This document shows, in pieces, positions 14,114 through 28,000 of a stretch of 64,000 bases of DNA. A model generated the notes under the pieces. The model had not been told where the DNA came from, made no database searches, and worked only from the letters and a program-made list of their open reading frames with translations. Each line of letters opens with the position of its first letter. The stretch's first letter is position 1. The translations under genes were made by a program, and so were the position numbers. The stretch spans positions 296,298,001 through 296,362,000 of the forward strand of contig OZ024740.1 of the NCBI GenBank assembly GCA_964016885.1, written 5' to 3'. Source of the DNA: Eledone cirrhosa (lineage: Eukaryota).

Positions 14114-14792
14114 ATTTTTTATTTGGGGGATCCATTTTTTATTTGGGGGATCCATTTTTTATTTGGGTGATCCATTTTTTATTTGGGTGATCCATTTTTT
14201 ATTTGGGTGATCCATTTTTTATTTGGGGGATCCATTTTTTATTTGGATGATCCATTTTTTATTTGGGGGATCCATTTTTTATTTGGGCGATCCAATTTTT
14301 ATATGGGTGATCCATTTTTTATTTGGGTGATCCATTTTTTATTTGGGTGATCCATTTTTTATTTGGGGGATCCATTTTTTATTTGTGTGATCCATTTTAT
14401 ATTTGGGGGATCCATTTTTTATTTGGGTATCCATTTCTTATTTGGGTGATCCATTTTTTATTTTGGGGATCCATTTTTTATTTGGGGGATCCATTTTTTA
14501 TTTGGGTGATCCATTTTTTATTTGGGTGATCCATTTTTTATTTGTGGATCCATTTTTTATTTGTGGGATCCATTTTTTATTTGGGGGTTCCATTTTTTAT
14601 TTGGGGGATCCATTTTACATTTGGGTGATCCATTTAGTAATTGGGTGATCCATTTTTTATTTGGGGGATCCATTTTTTATTTGGGTGATCCATGTTTTAT
14701 TTGGGTGATCCCTTTTTTATTTGGGTGATCCATTTTTTATTTGGGGGATCCATTTTTATTTGGGGGTTCCATTTTTTATTTGGGGGATCCAT

Positions 14793-14870
14793 CAAATAAA
14801 AAATGGATCACCCAAATAAAAAAGGGATCACCCAAATAAAAAATGGATCCCCCAAATAAAAAATGGATCC
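14793..14870 (-). repeat. Inverted satellite island, 4 monomers (unique AAAGGGATC variant)
   Basis: Four reverse-complement monomers with the same GGATCCAT|CAAAT left junction. Confidence 0.93.
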
Positions 14871-16899
14871 ATTTTTTATTTGGGTGATCCATTTTTTATT
14901 TGGGGAATCCATATTTTATTTGGGTGATCCATTTTTTATTTGGGGGATCCATTTTTTATTTGGGTGATCCAATATTTTATTTGGGTGATCCATTTTTTAT
15001 TTGGGTGATCCATTTTTTATTTGGGTGATCCATTTTTTATTTGGGGGATCCATTTTTTATTTGGGTGATCCATTTTTGATTTGGGTGATCCATTTTTTAT
15101 TTGGGGGATCCATTTTTTATTTGGGTGATCCATTTTTTATTTGGGGGATCCATTTTTTATTTGGGAGATCCATTTTTGATTTGGGTGATCCATTTTTTAT
15201 TTGGGTGATTCATTTTTTATTTGTTGCATCCATTTTTTATTTGCGGGATCCATTTTTATTTGGGGGACCCTATTTTTATTTGGGGGATCCATTTTACATT
15301 TGGGTAATCCATTTTTTATTTGGGTGATCCATTTTTTATTTGGTGGATCCATTTTTTATTTGGGGTATCCATTTTTTATTTGGGTGATCCATTCTTTATT
15401 TGGGGGATCCATTTTTTATTTGGGTGATCCATTTTTTATTTGGGTGATCCATTTTTTATTTGGGTGATCCATTTTTTATTTGTTGGATCCATTTTTTATT
15501 TGGGGGATCCATTTTTTATTTGGGGGTTCCATTTTTTATTTGGGGGATCCATTTTACATTTGGGTGATCCATTTTTTATTTGGGTGATCCATTTTTTATT
15601 TGGGGGATCCATTTTTTATTTGGGTGATCCATTTTTTATTTGGGTGATCCAGTTTTTGTTTGGGTGATCCATTTTTTATTTGGGGTATCCATTTTTTATT
15701 TGGGTGATCCATTTTTTATTTGTTGGATCCATTTTTTATTTCGGGGATCCATATTTTATTTGGGGGTTCCATTTTTTATTTGGGGGATCCATTTTACATT
15801 TGGGTGATCCATTTTTTATTTGGGTGATCCATTTTTTATTTGGGGGATCCATTTTTTATTTGGGGGATCCATTTTTTATTTGGGGGTTCCATTTTTTATT
15901 TGGGTGATCCATTTTTTATTTGGGGGATCCATTTTTTATTTAGGTGATCCATTTTTTAGTTGGGTGATCCATTTTTATTTGGGGGATCCATTTTTTATTT
16001 GTGTGATCCATTTTTTATTTGGCGGATCCATTTTTTATTTGGAGGATCCATTTTTTATTTGGGGATCCATTTTTTATTTAGGTGATCCATTTTTTAGTTG
16101 GGTGATCCATTTTTATTTGGGGGATCCATTTTTTATTTGTGTGATCCATTTTTTATTTGGCGGATCCATTTTTATTTGGGGGATCCATTTTTTATTTGTG
16201 TGATCCATTTTTTATTTGGCAGATCCATTTTTTATTTGGGGGAACCATTTTTTATTTGGGTGATCCATTTTTTATTTGGCGGATCCATTTTTTATTTGGG
16301 TGATACATTTTTTATTTGGGGGATCCATTTTTTATTTGGGTGATCCATTTTTTATTTGGGTGATCCATTTTTGATTTGGGTGATCCATTTTTTATTTGGG
16401 GGATCCATTTTTTATTTGGGTGATCCATTTTTTATTTGGGTGATCCATTTTTTATTTGGGAGATCCATTTTTTATTTTGGTGACCCATTTTTTATTTTGG
16501 TGATCCATTTTTTATTTGTTGGATCCATTTTTGATTTGGGGGATCTATTTTTATTTGGGGGACCCTATTTTTATTTGGGGGATCCATTTTACATTTGGGT
16601 GATCCATTTTTTATTTGGGTGATCCATTTTTTATTTGGTGGATCCATTTTTTATTTGGGGTATCCATTTTTTATTTGGGTGATCCATTTTTTATTTGGGG
16701 GATCCATTTTTTATTTGGGTGATCCATTTTTTATTTGGGTGATCCATTTTTTATTTGGGTGATCCATTTTTTATTTGTTGGATCCATTTTTTATTTGGGG
16801 GATCCATTTTTTATTTGTGGGGTTCCATTTTTTATTTGGGGGATCCATTTTACATTTGGGTGAGCCATTTTTTATTTGGGTGATCCATTTTTTATTTGG

Positions 16900-19800
16900 A
16901 GGATCCATTTTTTATTTGGGTGATCCATTTTTTATTTGGGTGATCCAGTTTTTGTTTGGGTGATCCATTTTTTATTTGGGGGATCCATTTTTTATTTGGG
17001 TGATCCATTTTTTATTTGTTGGATCCATTTTTTATTTGGGGGATCCATTTTTTATTTGGGGGATCCATTTTTTATTTGGGTGATCCATTTTTTATTTGGG
17101 GGATCCATTTTTTATTTAGGTGATCCATTTTTTAGTTGGGTGATCCATTTTTTTTGGGGGGGGATCCATTTTTTATTTGTGTCATCCATTTTTTATTTGG
17201 CGGATCCATTTTTATTTGGGGGATCCATTTTTTATTTGTGTGATCCATTTTTTATTTGGCAGATCCATTTTTTATTTGGGGGATCCATTTTTTATTTGGG
17301 TGATCCATTTTTTATTTGGGGGATCCATTTTTTATTTGGGTGATCCATTTTTTATTTGGGTGATCCAGTTTTTGTTTGGGTGATCCATTTTTTATTTGGG
17401 GGATCCATTTTTTATTTGGGTGATCCATTTTTTATTTGTTGGATCCATTTTTTATTTGGGGGATCCATTTTTTATTTGGGGGTTCCATTTTTTATTTGGG
17501 GGATCCATTTTACATTTGGGTGATCCATTTTTTATTTGGGTGATCCATTTTTTATTTGGGGGATCCATTTTTTATTTAGGGGATCCATTTTTTATTTGGG
17601 GGTTCCATTTTTTATTTGGGTGATCCATTTTTTATTTGGGGGATCCATTTTTTATTTAGGTGATCCATTTTTTAGTTGGGTGATCCATTTTTATTTGGGG
17701 GATCCATTTTTTATTTGTGTGATCCATTTTTTATTTGGCGGATCCATTTTTTATTTGGGGGATCCATTTTTTATTTGGGGATCCATTTTTTATTTAGGTG
17801 ATCCATTTTTTAGTTGGGTGATCCATTTTTATTTGGGGGATCCATTTTTTATTTGTGTGATCCATTTTTTATTTGGCGTATCCATTTTTATTTGGGGGAT
17901 CCATTTTTTATTTGTGTGATCCATTTTTTATTTGGCAGATCCATTTTTTATTTGGGGGATCCATTTTTTATTTGGGTGATCCATTTTTTATTTGGGGGAT
18001 CCATTTTTTATTTGGGTGATACATTTTTTATTTGGGGGATCCATTTTTTATTTGGGTGATCCATTTTTTATTTGGGTGATCCATATTTTATTTGGGTGAT
18101 CCATTTTTTATTTGGGGGATCCATTTTTTATTTGGGTGATCCAATTTTTTATTTGGGTGATCCATTTTTTATTTGGGTGATCCATTTTTTATTTGGGTGA
18201 TCCATTTTTTATTTGGGGGATCCATTTTTTATTTGGGTGATCCATTTTTGATTTGGGTGATCCATTCTTTATTTGGGGGATCCATTTTTTATTTGGGTGA
18301 TCCATTTTTTATTTGGGGGATCCATTTTTTATTTGGGAGATCCATTTTTGATTTGGGTGATCCATTTTTTATTTGGGTGATTCATTTTTTATTTGTTGGA
18401 TCCATTTTTTATTTGGGGGATCCATTTTTATTTGGGGGACCCTATTTTTATTTGGGGGATCCATTTTACATTTGGGTGATCCATTTTTTATTTGGGTGAT
18501 CCATTTTTTATTTGGTGGATCCATTTTTTATTTGGGGTATCCATTTTTTATTTGGGTGATCCATTTTTTATTTGGGGGATCCATTTTTTATTTGGGTTAT
18601 CCATTTTTTATTTGGGTGATCCATTTTTTATTTGGGTGATCCATTTTTTATTTGTTGGATCCATTTTTTATTTGGGGGATCCATTTTTTATTTGGGGGTT
18701 CCATTTTTTATTTGGGGGATCCATTTTACATTTGGGTGATCCATTTTTTATTTGGGTGATCCATTTTTTATTTGGGGGATCCATTTTTTATTTGGGTGAT
18801 CCATTTTTTATTTGGGTGATCCAGTTTTTGTTTGGGTGATCCATTTTTTATTTGGGGGATCCATTTTTTATTTGGGTGATCCATTTTTTATTTGTTGGAT
18901 CCATTTTTTATTTGGGGGATCCATTTTTTATTTGGGGGTTCCATTTTTTATTTGGGGGGATCCATTTTACATTTGGGTGATCCATTTTTTATTTGGGTGA
19001 CCCATTTTTTATTCGGGGGATCCATTTTTTATTTGGGGGATCCATTTTTTATTTGGGGGTTCCATTTTTTATTTGGGTGATCCATTTTTTATTTGGGGGA
19101 TCCATTTTTTATTTAGGTGATCCATTTTTTAGTTGGGTGATCCATTTTTTATTTGTGTGATCCATTTTTTATTTGGGGGATCCATTTTTTATTTGGGGGT
19201 TCCATTTTTTATTTGGGTGATCCATTTTTTATTTGGGGGATCCATTTTTTATTTAGGTGATCCATTTTTTAGTTGGGTGATCCATTTTTTATTTGTGTGA
19301 TCCATTTTTTATTTGGCGGATCCATTTTTTATTTGGGGGATCCATTTTTTATTTGGGTGATCCATTTTTTATTTGGGGTATCCATTTTTTATTAGGGTGA
19401 TACATTTTTTATTTGGGGGATCCATTTTTTATTTGGGTGATCCATTTTTTATTTGGGTGATCCATATTTTATTTGCGTGATCCATTTTTTATTTGGGTGA
19501 TCCATTTTTTATTTGGGTGATCCATTTTTTATTTGGGGGATCCATTTTTTATTTGGGTGATCCATTTTTTATTTGGGTGATCCATTTTTTATTTGGGGGA
19601 TCCATTTTTTATTTGGGGGATCCATTTTTATTTGGGGGACCCTATTTTTATTTGGGGGATCCATTTTACATTTGGGTGATCCATTTTTTATTTGGGTGAT
19701 CCATTTTTTATTTGGGTGATCCAGTTTTTGTTTGGGTGATCCATTTTTTATTTGGGGGATCCATTTTTTATTTGGGTGATCCATTTTTTATTTGTTGGAT

Positions 19801-22000
19801 CCATTTTTTATTTGGGGGATCCATTTTTTATTTGGGGGATCCATTTTTTATTTGGGTGATCCATTTTTTATTTGGGGGATCCATTTTTTATTTAGGTGAT
19901 CCATTTTTTAGTTGGGTGATCCATTTTTTTGGGGGGGATCCATTTTTTATTTGTGTCATCCATTTTTTATTTGGCGGATCCATTTTTATTTGGGGGATCC
20001 ATTTTTTATTTGTGTGATCCATTTTTTATTTGGCAGATCCATTTTTTATTTGGGGGATCCATTTTTTATTTGGGTGATCCATTTTTTATTTGGGGGATCC
20101 ATTTTTTATTTGGGTGATCCATTTTTTATTTGGGTGATCCAGTTTTTGTTTGGGTGATCCATTTTTTATTTGGGGGATCCATTTTTTATTTGGGTGATCC
20201 ATTTTTTATTTGTTGGATCCATTTTTTATTTGGGGGATCCATTTTTTATTTGGGGGTTCCATTTTTTATTTGGGGGATCCATTTTACATTTGGGTGATCC
20301 ATTTTTTATTTGGGTGATCCATTTTTTATTTGGGGGATCCATTTTTTATTTAGGGGATCCATTTTTTATTTGGGGGTTCCATTTTTTATTTGGGTGATCC
20401 ATTTTTTATTTGGGGGATCCATTTTTTATTTAGGTGATCCATTTTTTAGTTGGGTGATCCATTTTTATTTGGGGGATCCATTTTTTATTTGTGTGATCCA
20501 TTTTTTATTTGGCGGATCCATTTTTTATTTGGGGGATCCATTTTTTATTTGGGGATCCATTTTTTATTTAGGTGATCCATTTTTTAGTTGGGTGATCCAT
20601 TTTTATTTGGGGGATCCATTTTTTATTTGTGTGATCCATTTTTTATTTGGCGTATCCATTTTTATTTGGGGGATCCATTTTTTATTTGTGTGATCCATTT
20701 TTTATTTGGCAGATCCATTTTTTATTTGGGGGATCCATTCTTTATTTGGGTGATCCATTTTTTATTTGGGGGATCCATTTTTTATTTGGGTGTTACATTT
20801 TTTATTTGGGGGATCCATTTTTTATTTGGGTGATCCATTTTTTATTTGGGTGATCCATATTTTATTTGGGTGATCCATTTTTTATTTGGGGGATCCATTT
20901 TTTATTTGGGTGATCCAATTTTTTATTTGGGTGATCCATTTTTTATTTGGGTGATCCATTTTTTATTTGGGTGATCCATTTTTTATTTGGGGGATCCATT
21001 TTTTATTTGGGTGATCCATTTTTGATTTGGGTGATCCATTTTTTATTTGGGGGATCCATTTTTTATTTGGGTGATCCATTTTTTATTTGGGGGATCCATT
21101 TTTTATTTGGGAGATCCATTTTTGATTTGGGTGATCCATTTTTTATTTGGGTGATTCATTTTTTATTTGTTGGATCCATTTTTTATTTGGGGGATCCATT
21201 TTTATTTGGGGGACCCTATTTTTATTTGGGGGATCCATTTTACATTTGGGTGATCCATTTTTTATTTGGGTGATCCATTTTTTATTTGGTGGATCCATTT
21301 TTTATTTGGGGTATCCATTTTTTATTTGGGTGATCCATTTTTTATTTGGGGGATCCATTTTTTATTTGGGTTATCCATTTTTTATTTGGGTGATCCATTT
21401 TTTATTTGGGTGATCCATTTTTTATTTGTTGGATCCATTTTTTATTTGGGGGATCCATTTTTTATTTGGGGGTTCCATTTTTTATTTGGGGGATCCATTT
21501 TACATTTGGGTGATCCATTTTTTATTTGGGTGATCCATTTTTTATTTGGGGGATCCATTTTTTATTTGGGTGATCCATTTTTTATTTGGGTGATCCAGTT
21601 TTTGTTTGGGTGATCCATTTTTTATTTGGGGGATCCATTTTTTATTTGGGTGATCCATTTTTTATTTGTTGGATCCATTTTTTATTTGGGGGATCCATTT
21701 TTTATTTGGGGGTTCCATTTTTTATTTGGGGGATCCATTTTACATTTGGGTGATCCATTTTTTATTTGGGTGACCCATTTTTTATTCGGGGGATCCATTT
21801 TTTATTTGGGGGATCCATTTTTTATTTGGGGGTTCCATTTTTTATTTGGGTGATCCATTTTTTATTTGGGGGATCCATTTTTTATTTAGGTGATCCATTT
21901 TTTAGTTGGGTGATCCATTTTTTATTTGTGTGATCCATTTTTTATTTGGGGGATCCATTTTTTATTTGGGTGATCCATTTTTTATTTGGGTGATCCATAT
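16900..22000 (+). repeat. Tandem block duplication, unit about 2.77 kb
   Basis: ORF-track pairs 17396/20170, 17536/20310 and 18173/20947 are all offset 2774. GTGTCATCC occurs at about 17179/19953. Confidence 0.8.
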
Positions 22001-25000
22001 TTTATTTGCGTGATCCATTTTTTATTTGGGTGATCCATTTTTTATTTGGGTGATCCATTTTTTATTTGGGGGATCCATTTTTTATTTGGGTGATCCATTT
22101 TTTATTTGGGTGATCCATTTTTTATTTGGGGGATCCATTTTTTATTTGGGGGATCCATTTTTATTTGGGGGACCCTATTTTTATTTGGGGGATCCATTTT
22201 ACATTTGGGTGATCCATTTTTTATTTGGGTGATCCATTTTTTATTTGGTGGATCCATTTTTTATTTGGGGTATCCATTTTTTATTTGGGTGATCCATTTT
22301 TTATTTGGGGGATCCATTTTTTATTTGGGTTATCCATTTTTTATTTGGGTGATCCATTTTTTATTTGGGTGATCCATTTTTTATTTGTTGGATCCATTTT
22401 TTATTTGGGGGATCCATTTTTTATTTGGGGGTTCCATTTTTTATTTGGGGGATCCATTTTACATTTGGGTGATCCATTTTTTATTTGGGTGATCCATTTT
22501 TTATTTGGGGGATCCATTTTTTATTTGGGTGATCCATTTTTTATTTGGGTGATCCAGTTTTTGTTTGGGTGATCCATTTTTTATTTGGGGGATCCATTTT
22601 TTATTTGGGTGATCCATTTTTTATTTGTTGGATCCATTTTTTATTTGGGGGATCCATTTTTTATTTGGGGGTTCCATTTTTTATTTGGGGGATCCATTTT
22701 ACATTTGGGTGATCCATTTTTTATTTGGGTGACCCATTTTTTATTCGGGGGATCCATTTTTTATTTGGGGGATCCATTTTTTATTTGGGGGTTCCATTTT
22801 TTATTTGGGTGATCCATTTTTTATTTGGGGGATCCATTTTTTATTTAGGTGATCCATTTTTTAGTTGGGTGATCCATTTTTTATTTGTGTGATCCATTTT
22901 TTATTTGGGGGATCCATTTTTTATTTGGGGGTTCCATTTTTTATTTGGGTGATCCATTTTTTATTTGGGGGATCCATTTTTTATTTAGGTGATCCATTTT
23001 TTAGTTGGGTGATCCATTTTTTATTTGTGTGATCCATTTTTTATTTGGCGGATCCATTTTTTATTTGGGGGATCCATTTTTTATTTGGGTGATCCATTTT
23101 TTATTTGGGGGATCCATTTTTTATTTAGGTGATCCATTTTTTAGTTGGGTGATCCATTTTTTATTTGGGAGATCCATTTTTGATTTGGGTGATCCATTTT
23201 TTATTTGGGTGATTCATTTTTTATTTGTTGGATCCATTTTTTATTTGGGGGATCCATTTTTATTTGGGGGACCCTATTTTTATTTGGGGGATCCATTTTA
23301 CATTTGGGTGATCCATTTTTTATTTGGGTGATCCATTTTTTATTTGGTGGATCCATTTTTTATTTGGGGTATCCATTTTTTATTTGGGTGATCCATTTTT
23401 TATTTGGGGGATCCATTTTTTATTTGGGTTATCCATTTTTTATTTGGGTGATCCATTTTTTATTTGGGTGATCCATTTTTTATTTGTTGGATCCATTTTT
23501 TATTTGGGGGATCCATTTTTTATTTGGGGGTTCCATTTTTTATTTGGGGGATCCATTTTACATTTGGGTGATCCATTTTTTATTTGGGTGATCCATTTTT
23601 TATTTGGGGGATCCATTTTTTATTTGGGTGATCCATTTTTTATTTGGGTGATCCAGTTTTTGTTTGGGTGATCCATTTTTTATTTGGGGGATCCATTTTT
23701 TATTTGGGTGATCCATTTTTTATTTGTTGGATCCATTTTTTATTTGGGGGATCCATTTTTTATTTGGGGGTTCCATTTTTTATTTGGGGGATCCATTTTA
23801 CATTTGGGTGATCCATTTTTTATTTGGGTGACCCATTTTTTATTCGGGGGATCCATTTTTTATTTGGGGGATCCATTTTTTATTTGGGGGTTCCATTTTT
23901 TATTTGGGTGATCCATTTTTTATTTGGGGGATCCATTTTTTATTTAGGTGATCCATTTTTTAGTTGGGTGATCCATTTTTTATTTGTGTGATCCATTTTT
24001 TATTTGGCGGATCCATTTTTTATTTGGGGGATCCATTTTTTATTTGGGTGATCCATTTTTTATTTGGGGTATCCATTTTTTATTAGGGTGATACATTTTT
24101 TATTTGGGGGATCCATTTTTTATTTGGGTGATCCATTTTTTATTTGGGTGATCCATATTTTATTTGCGTGATCCATTTTTTATTTGGGTGATCCATTTTT
24201 TATTTGGGTGATCCATTTTTTATTTGGGGGATCCATTTTTTATTTGGGTGATCCATTTTTTATTTGGGTGATCCATTTTTTATTTGGGGGATCCATTTTT
24301 TATTTGGGGGATCCATTTTTATTTGGGGGACCCTATTTTTATTTGGGGGATCCATTTTACATTTGGGTGATCCATTTTTTATTTGGGTGATCCATTTTTT
24401 ATTTGGTGGATCCATTTTTTATTTGGGGTATCCATTTTTTATTTGGGTGATCCATTTTTTATTTGGGGGATCCATTTTTTATTTGGGTTATCCATTTTTT
24501 ATTTGGGTGATCCATTTTTTATTTGGGTGATCCATTTTTTATTTGTTGGATCCATTTTTTATTTGGGGGATCCATTTTTTATTTGGGGGTTCCATTTTTT
24601 ATTTGGGGGATCCATTTTACATTTGGGTGATCCATTTTTTATTTGGGTGATCCATTTTTTATTTGGGGGATCCATTTTTTATTTGGGTGATCCATTTTTT
24701 ATTTGGGTGATCCAGTTTTTGTTTGGGTGATCCATTTTTTATTTGGGGGATCCATTTTTTATTTGGGTGATCCATTTTTTATTTGTTGGATCCATTTTTT
24801 ATTTGGGGGATCCATTTTTTATTTGGGGGTTCCATTTTTTATTTGGGGGATCCATTTTACATTTGGGTGATCCATTTTTTATTTGGGTGACCCATTTTTT
24901 ATTCGGGGGATCCATTTTTTATTTGGGGGATCCATTTTTTATTTGGGGGTTCCATTTTTTATTTGGGTGATCCATTTTTTATTTGGGGGATCCATTTTTT

Positions 25001-28000
25001 ATTTAGGTGATCCATTTTTTAGTTGGGTGATCCATTTTTTATTTGTGTGATCCATTTTTTATTTGGGGGATCCATTTTTTATTTGGGGGTTCCATTTTTT
25101 ATTTGGGTGATCCATTTTTTATTTGGGGGATCCATTTTTTATTTAGGTGATCCATTTTTTAGTTGGGTGATCCATTTTTTATTTGTGTGATCCATTTTTT
25201 ATTTGGCGGATCCATTTTTTATTTGGGGGATCCATTATTTATTTGGGTGATCCATTTTTTATTTGGGGGATCCATTTTTTATTTAGGTGATCCATTTTTT
25301 AGTTGGGTGATCCATTTTTTATTTGTGTGATCCATTTTTTATTTGGCGGATCCATTTTTTATTTGGGGGATCCATTTTTTATTTGGGTGATCCATTTTTT
25401 ATTTGGGGTATCCATTTTTTATTAGGGTGATACATTTTTTATTTGGGGGATCCATTTTTTATTTGGGTGATCCATTTTTTATTTGGGTGATCCATATTTT
25501 ATTTGCGTGATCCATTTTTTATTTGGGTGATCCATTTTTTATTTGGGTGATCCATTTTTTATTTGGGGGATCCATTTTTTATTTGGGTGATCCATTTTTT
25601 ATTTGGGTGATCCATTTTTTATTTGGGGGATCTATTTTTTATTTGGGGGATCCATTTTTATTTGGGGGACCCTATTTTTATTTGGGGGATCCATTTTACA
25701 TTTGGGTGATCCATTATATATTTGGGTGATCCATTTTTTATTTGGTGGATCCATTTTTTATTTGGGGTATCCATTTTTTATTTGGGTGATCCATTTTTTA
25801 TTTGGGGGATCCATTTTTTATTTGGGTTATCCATTTTTTATTTGGGTGATCCATTTTTTATTTGGGTGATCCATTTTTTATTTGTTGGATCCATTTTTTA
25901 TTTGGGGGATCCATTTTTTATTTGGGGGTTCCATTTTTTATTTGGGGGATCCATTTTACATTTGGGTGATCCATTTTTTATTTGGGTGATCCATTTTTTA
26001 TTTGGGGGATCCATTTTTTATTTGGGTGATCCATTTTTTATTTGGGTGATCCAGTTTTTGTTTGGGTGATCCATTTTTTATTTGGGGGATCCATTTTTTA
26101 TTTGGGTGATCCATTTTTTATTTGTTGGATCCATTTTTTATTTGGGGGATCCATTTTTTATTTGGGGGTTCCATTTTTTATTTGGGGGATCCATTTTACA
26201 TTTGGGTGACCCATTTTTTATTTGGGTGACCCATTTTTTATTCGGGGGATCCATTATTTATTTGGGGGATCCATTTTTTATTTGGGGGTTCCATTTTTTA
26301 TTTGGGTGATCCATTTTTTATTTGGGGGATCCATTTTTTATTTAGGTGATCCATTTTTTAGTTGGGTGATCCATTTTTTATTTGTGTGATCCATTTTTTA
26401 TTTGGCGTATCCATTTTTATTTGGGGGATCCATTTTTTATTTGTGTGATCCATTTTTTATTTGGCAGATCCATTTTTTATTTGGGGGATCCATTTTTTAT
26501 TTGGGTGATCCATTTTTTATTTGGGGGATCCATTTTTTATTTGGGTGATACATTTTTTATTTGGGGGATCCATTTTTTATTTGGGTGATCCATTTTTTAT
26601 TTGGGTGATCCATATTTTATTTGGGTGATCCATTTTTTATTTGGGGGATCCATTTTTTATTTGGGTGATCCATTTTTTATTTGGGGGATCCATTTTTTAT
26701 TTAGGTGATCCATTTTTTATTTGTGTGATCCATTTTTTATTTGGCAGATCCATTTTTTATTTGGGGGATCCATTTTTTATTTGGGTGATCCATTTTTTAT
26801 TTGGGGGATCCATTTTTTATTTGGGTGATCCATATTTTATTTGCGTGATCCATTTTTTATTTGGGGGATCCATTTTTTATTTGGGTGATCCATTTTTTAT
26901 TTGGGTGATCCATATTTTATTTGGGTGATCCATTTTTTATTTGGGGGATCCATTTTTTATTTGGGTGATCCAATTTTTTATTTGGGTGATCCATTTTTTA
27001 TTTGGGTGATCCATTTTTTATTTGGGTGATCCATTTTTTATTTGGGGGATCCATTTTTTATTTGGGTGATCCATTTTTGATTTGGGTGATCCATTTTTTA
27101 TTTGGGGGATCCATTTTTTATTTGGGTGATCCATTTTTTATTTGGGGGATCCATTTTTTATTTGGGAGATCCATTTTTGATTTGGGTGATCCATTTTTTA
27201 TTTGGGTGATTCATTTTTTATTTGTTGGATCCATTTTTTATTTGGGGGATCCATTTTTATTTGGGGGACCCTATTTTTATTTGGGGGATCCATTTTACAT
27301 TTGGGTGATCCATTTTTTATTTGGGTGATCCATTTTTTATTTGGTGGATCCATTTTTTATTTGGGGTATCCATTTTTTATTTGGGTGATCCATTTTTTAT
27401 TTGGGGGATCCATTTTTTATTTGGGTTATCCATTTTTTATTTGGGTGATCCATTTTTTATTTGGGTGATCCATTTTTTATTTGTTGGATCCATTTTTTAT
27501 TTGGGGGATCCATTTTTTATTTGGGGGTTCCATTTTTTATTTGGGGGATCCATTTTACATTTGGGTGATCCATTTTTTATTTGGGTGATCCATTTTTTAT
27601 TTGGGGGATCCATTTTTTATTTGGGTGATCCATTTTTTATTTGGGTGATCCAGTTTTTGTTTGGGTGATCCATTTTTTATTTGGGGGATCCATTTTTTAT
27701 TTGGGTGATCCATTTTTTATTTGTTGGATCCATTTTTTATTTGGGGGATCCATTTTTTATTTGGGGGTTCCATTTTTTATTTGGGGGATCCATTTTACAT
27801 TTGGGTGAACCATTTTTTATTTGGGTGACCCATTTTTTATTCGGGGGATCCATTTTTTATTTGGGGGATCCATTTTTTATTTGGGGGTTCCATTTTTTAT
27901 ATGGGTGATCCATTTTTTATTTGGGGGATCCATTTTTTATTTAGGTGATCCATTTTTTAGTTGGGTGATCCATTTTTTATTTGTGTGATCCATTTTTTAT

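Noticed and set aside
19569-19784. Minus-strand ORF (MDHPNKKWIPQIKNGSPK...)
   Set aside because: It is the reverse-complement translation of the same satellite.
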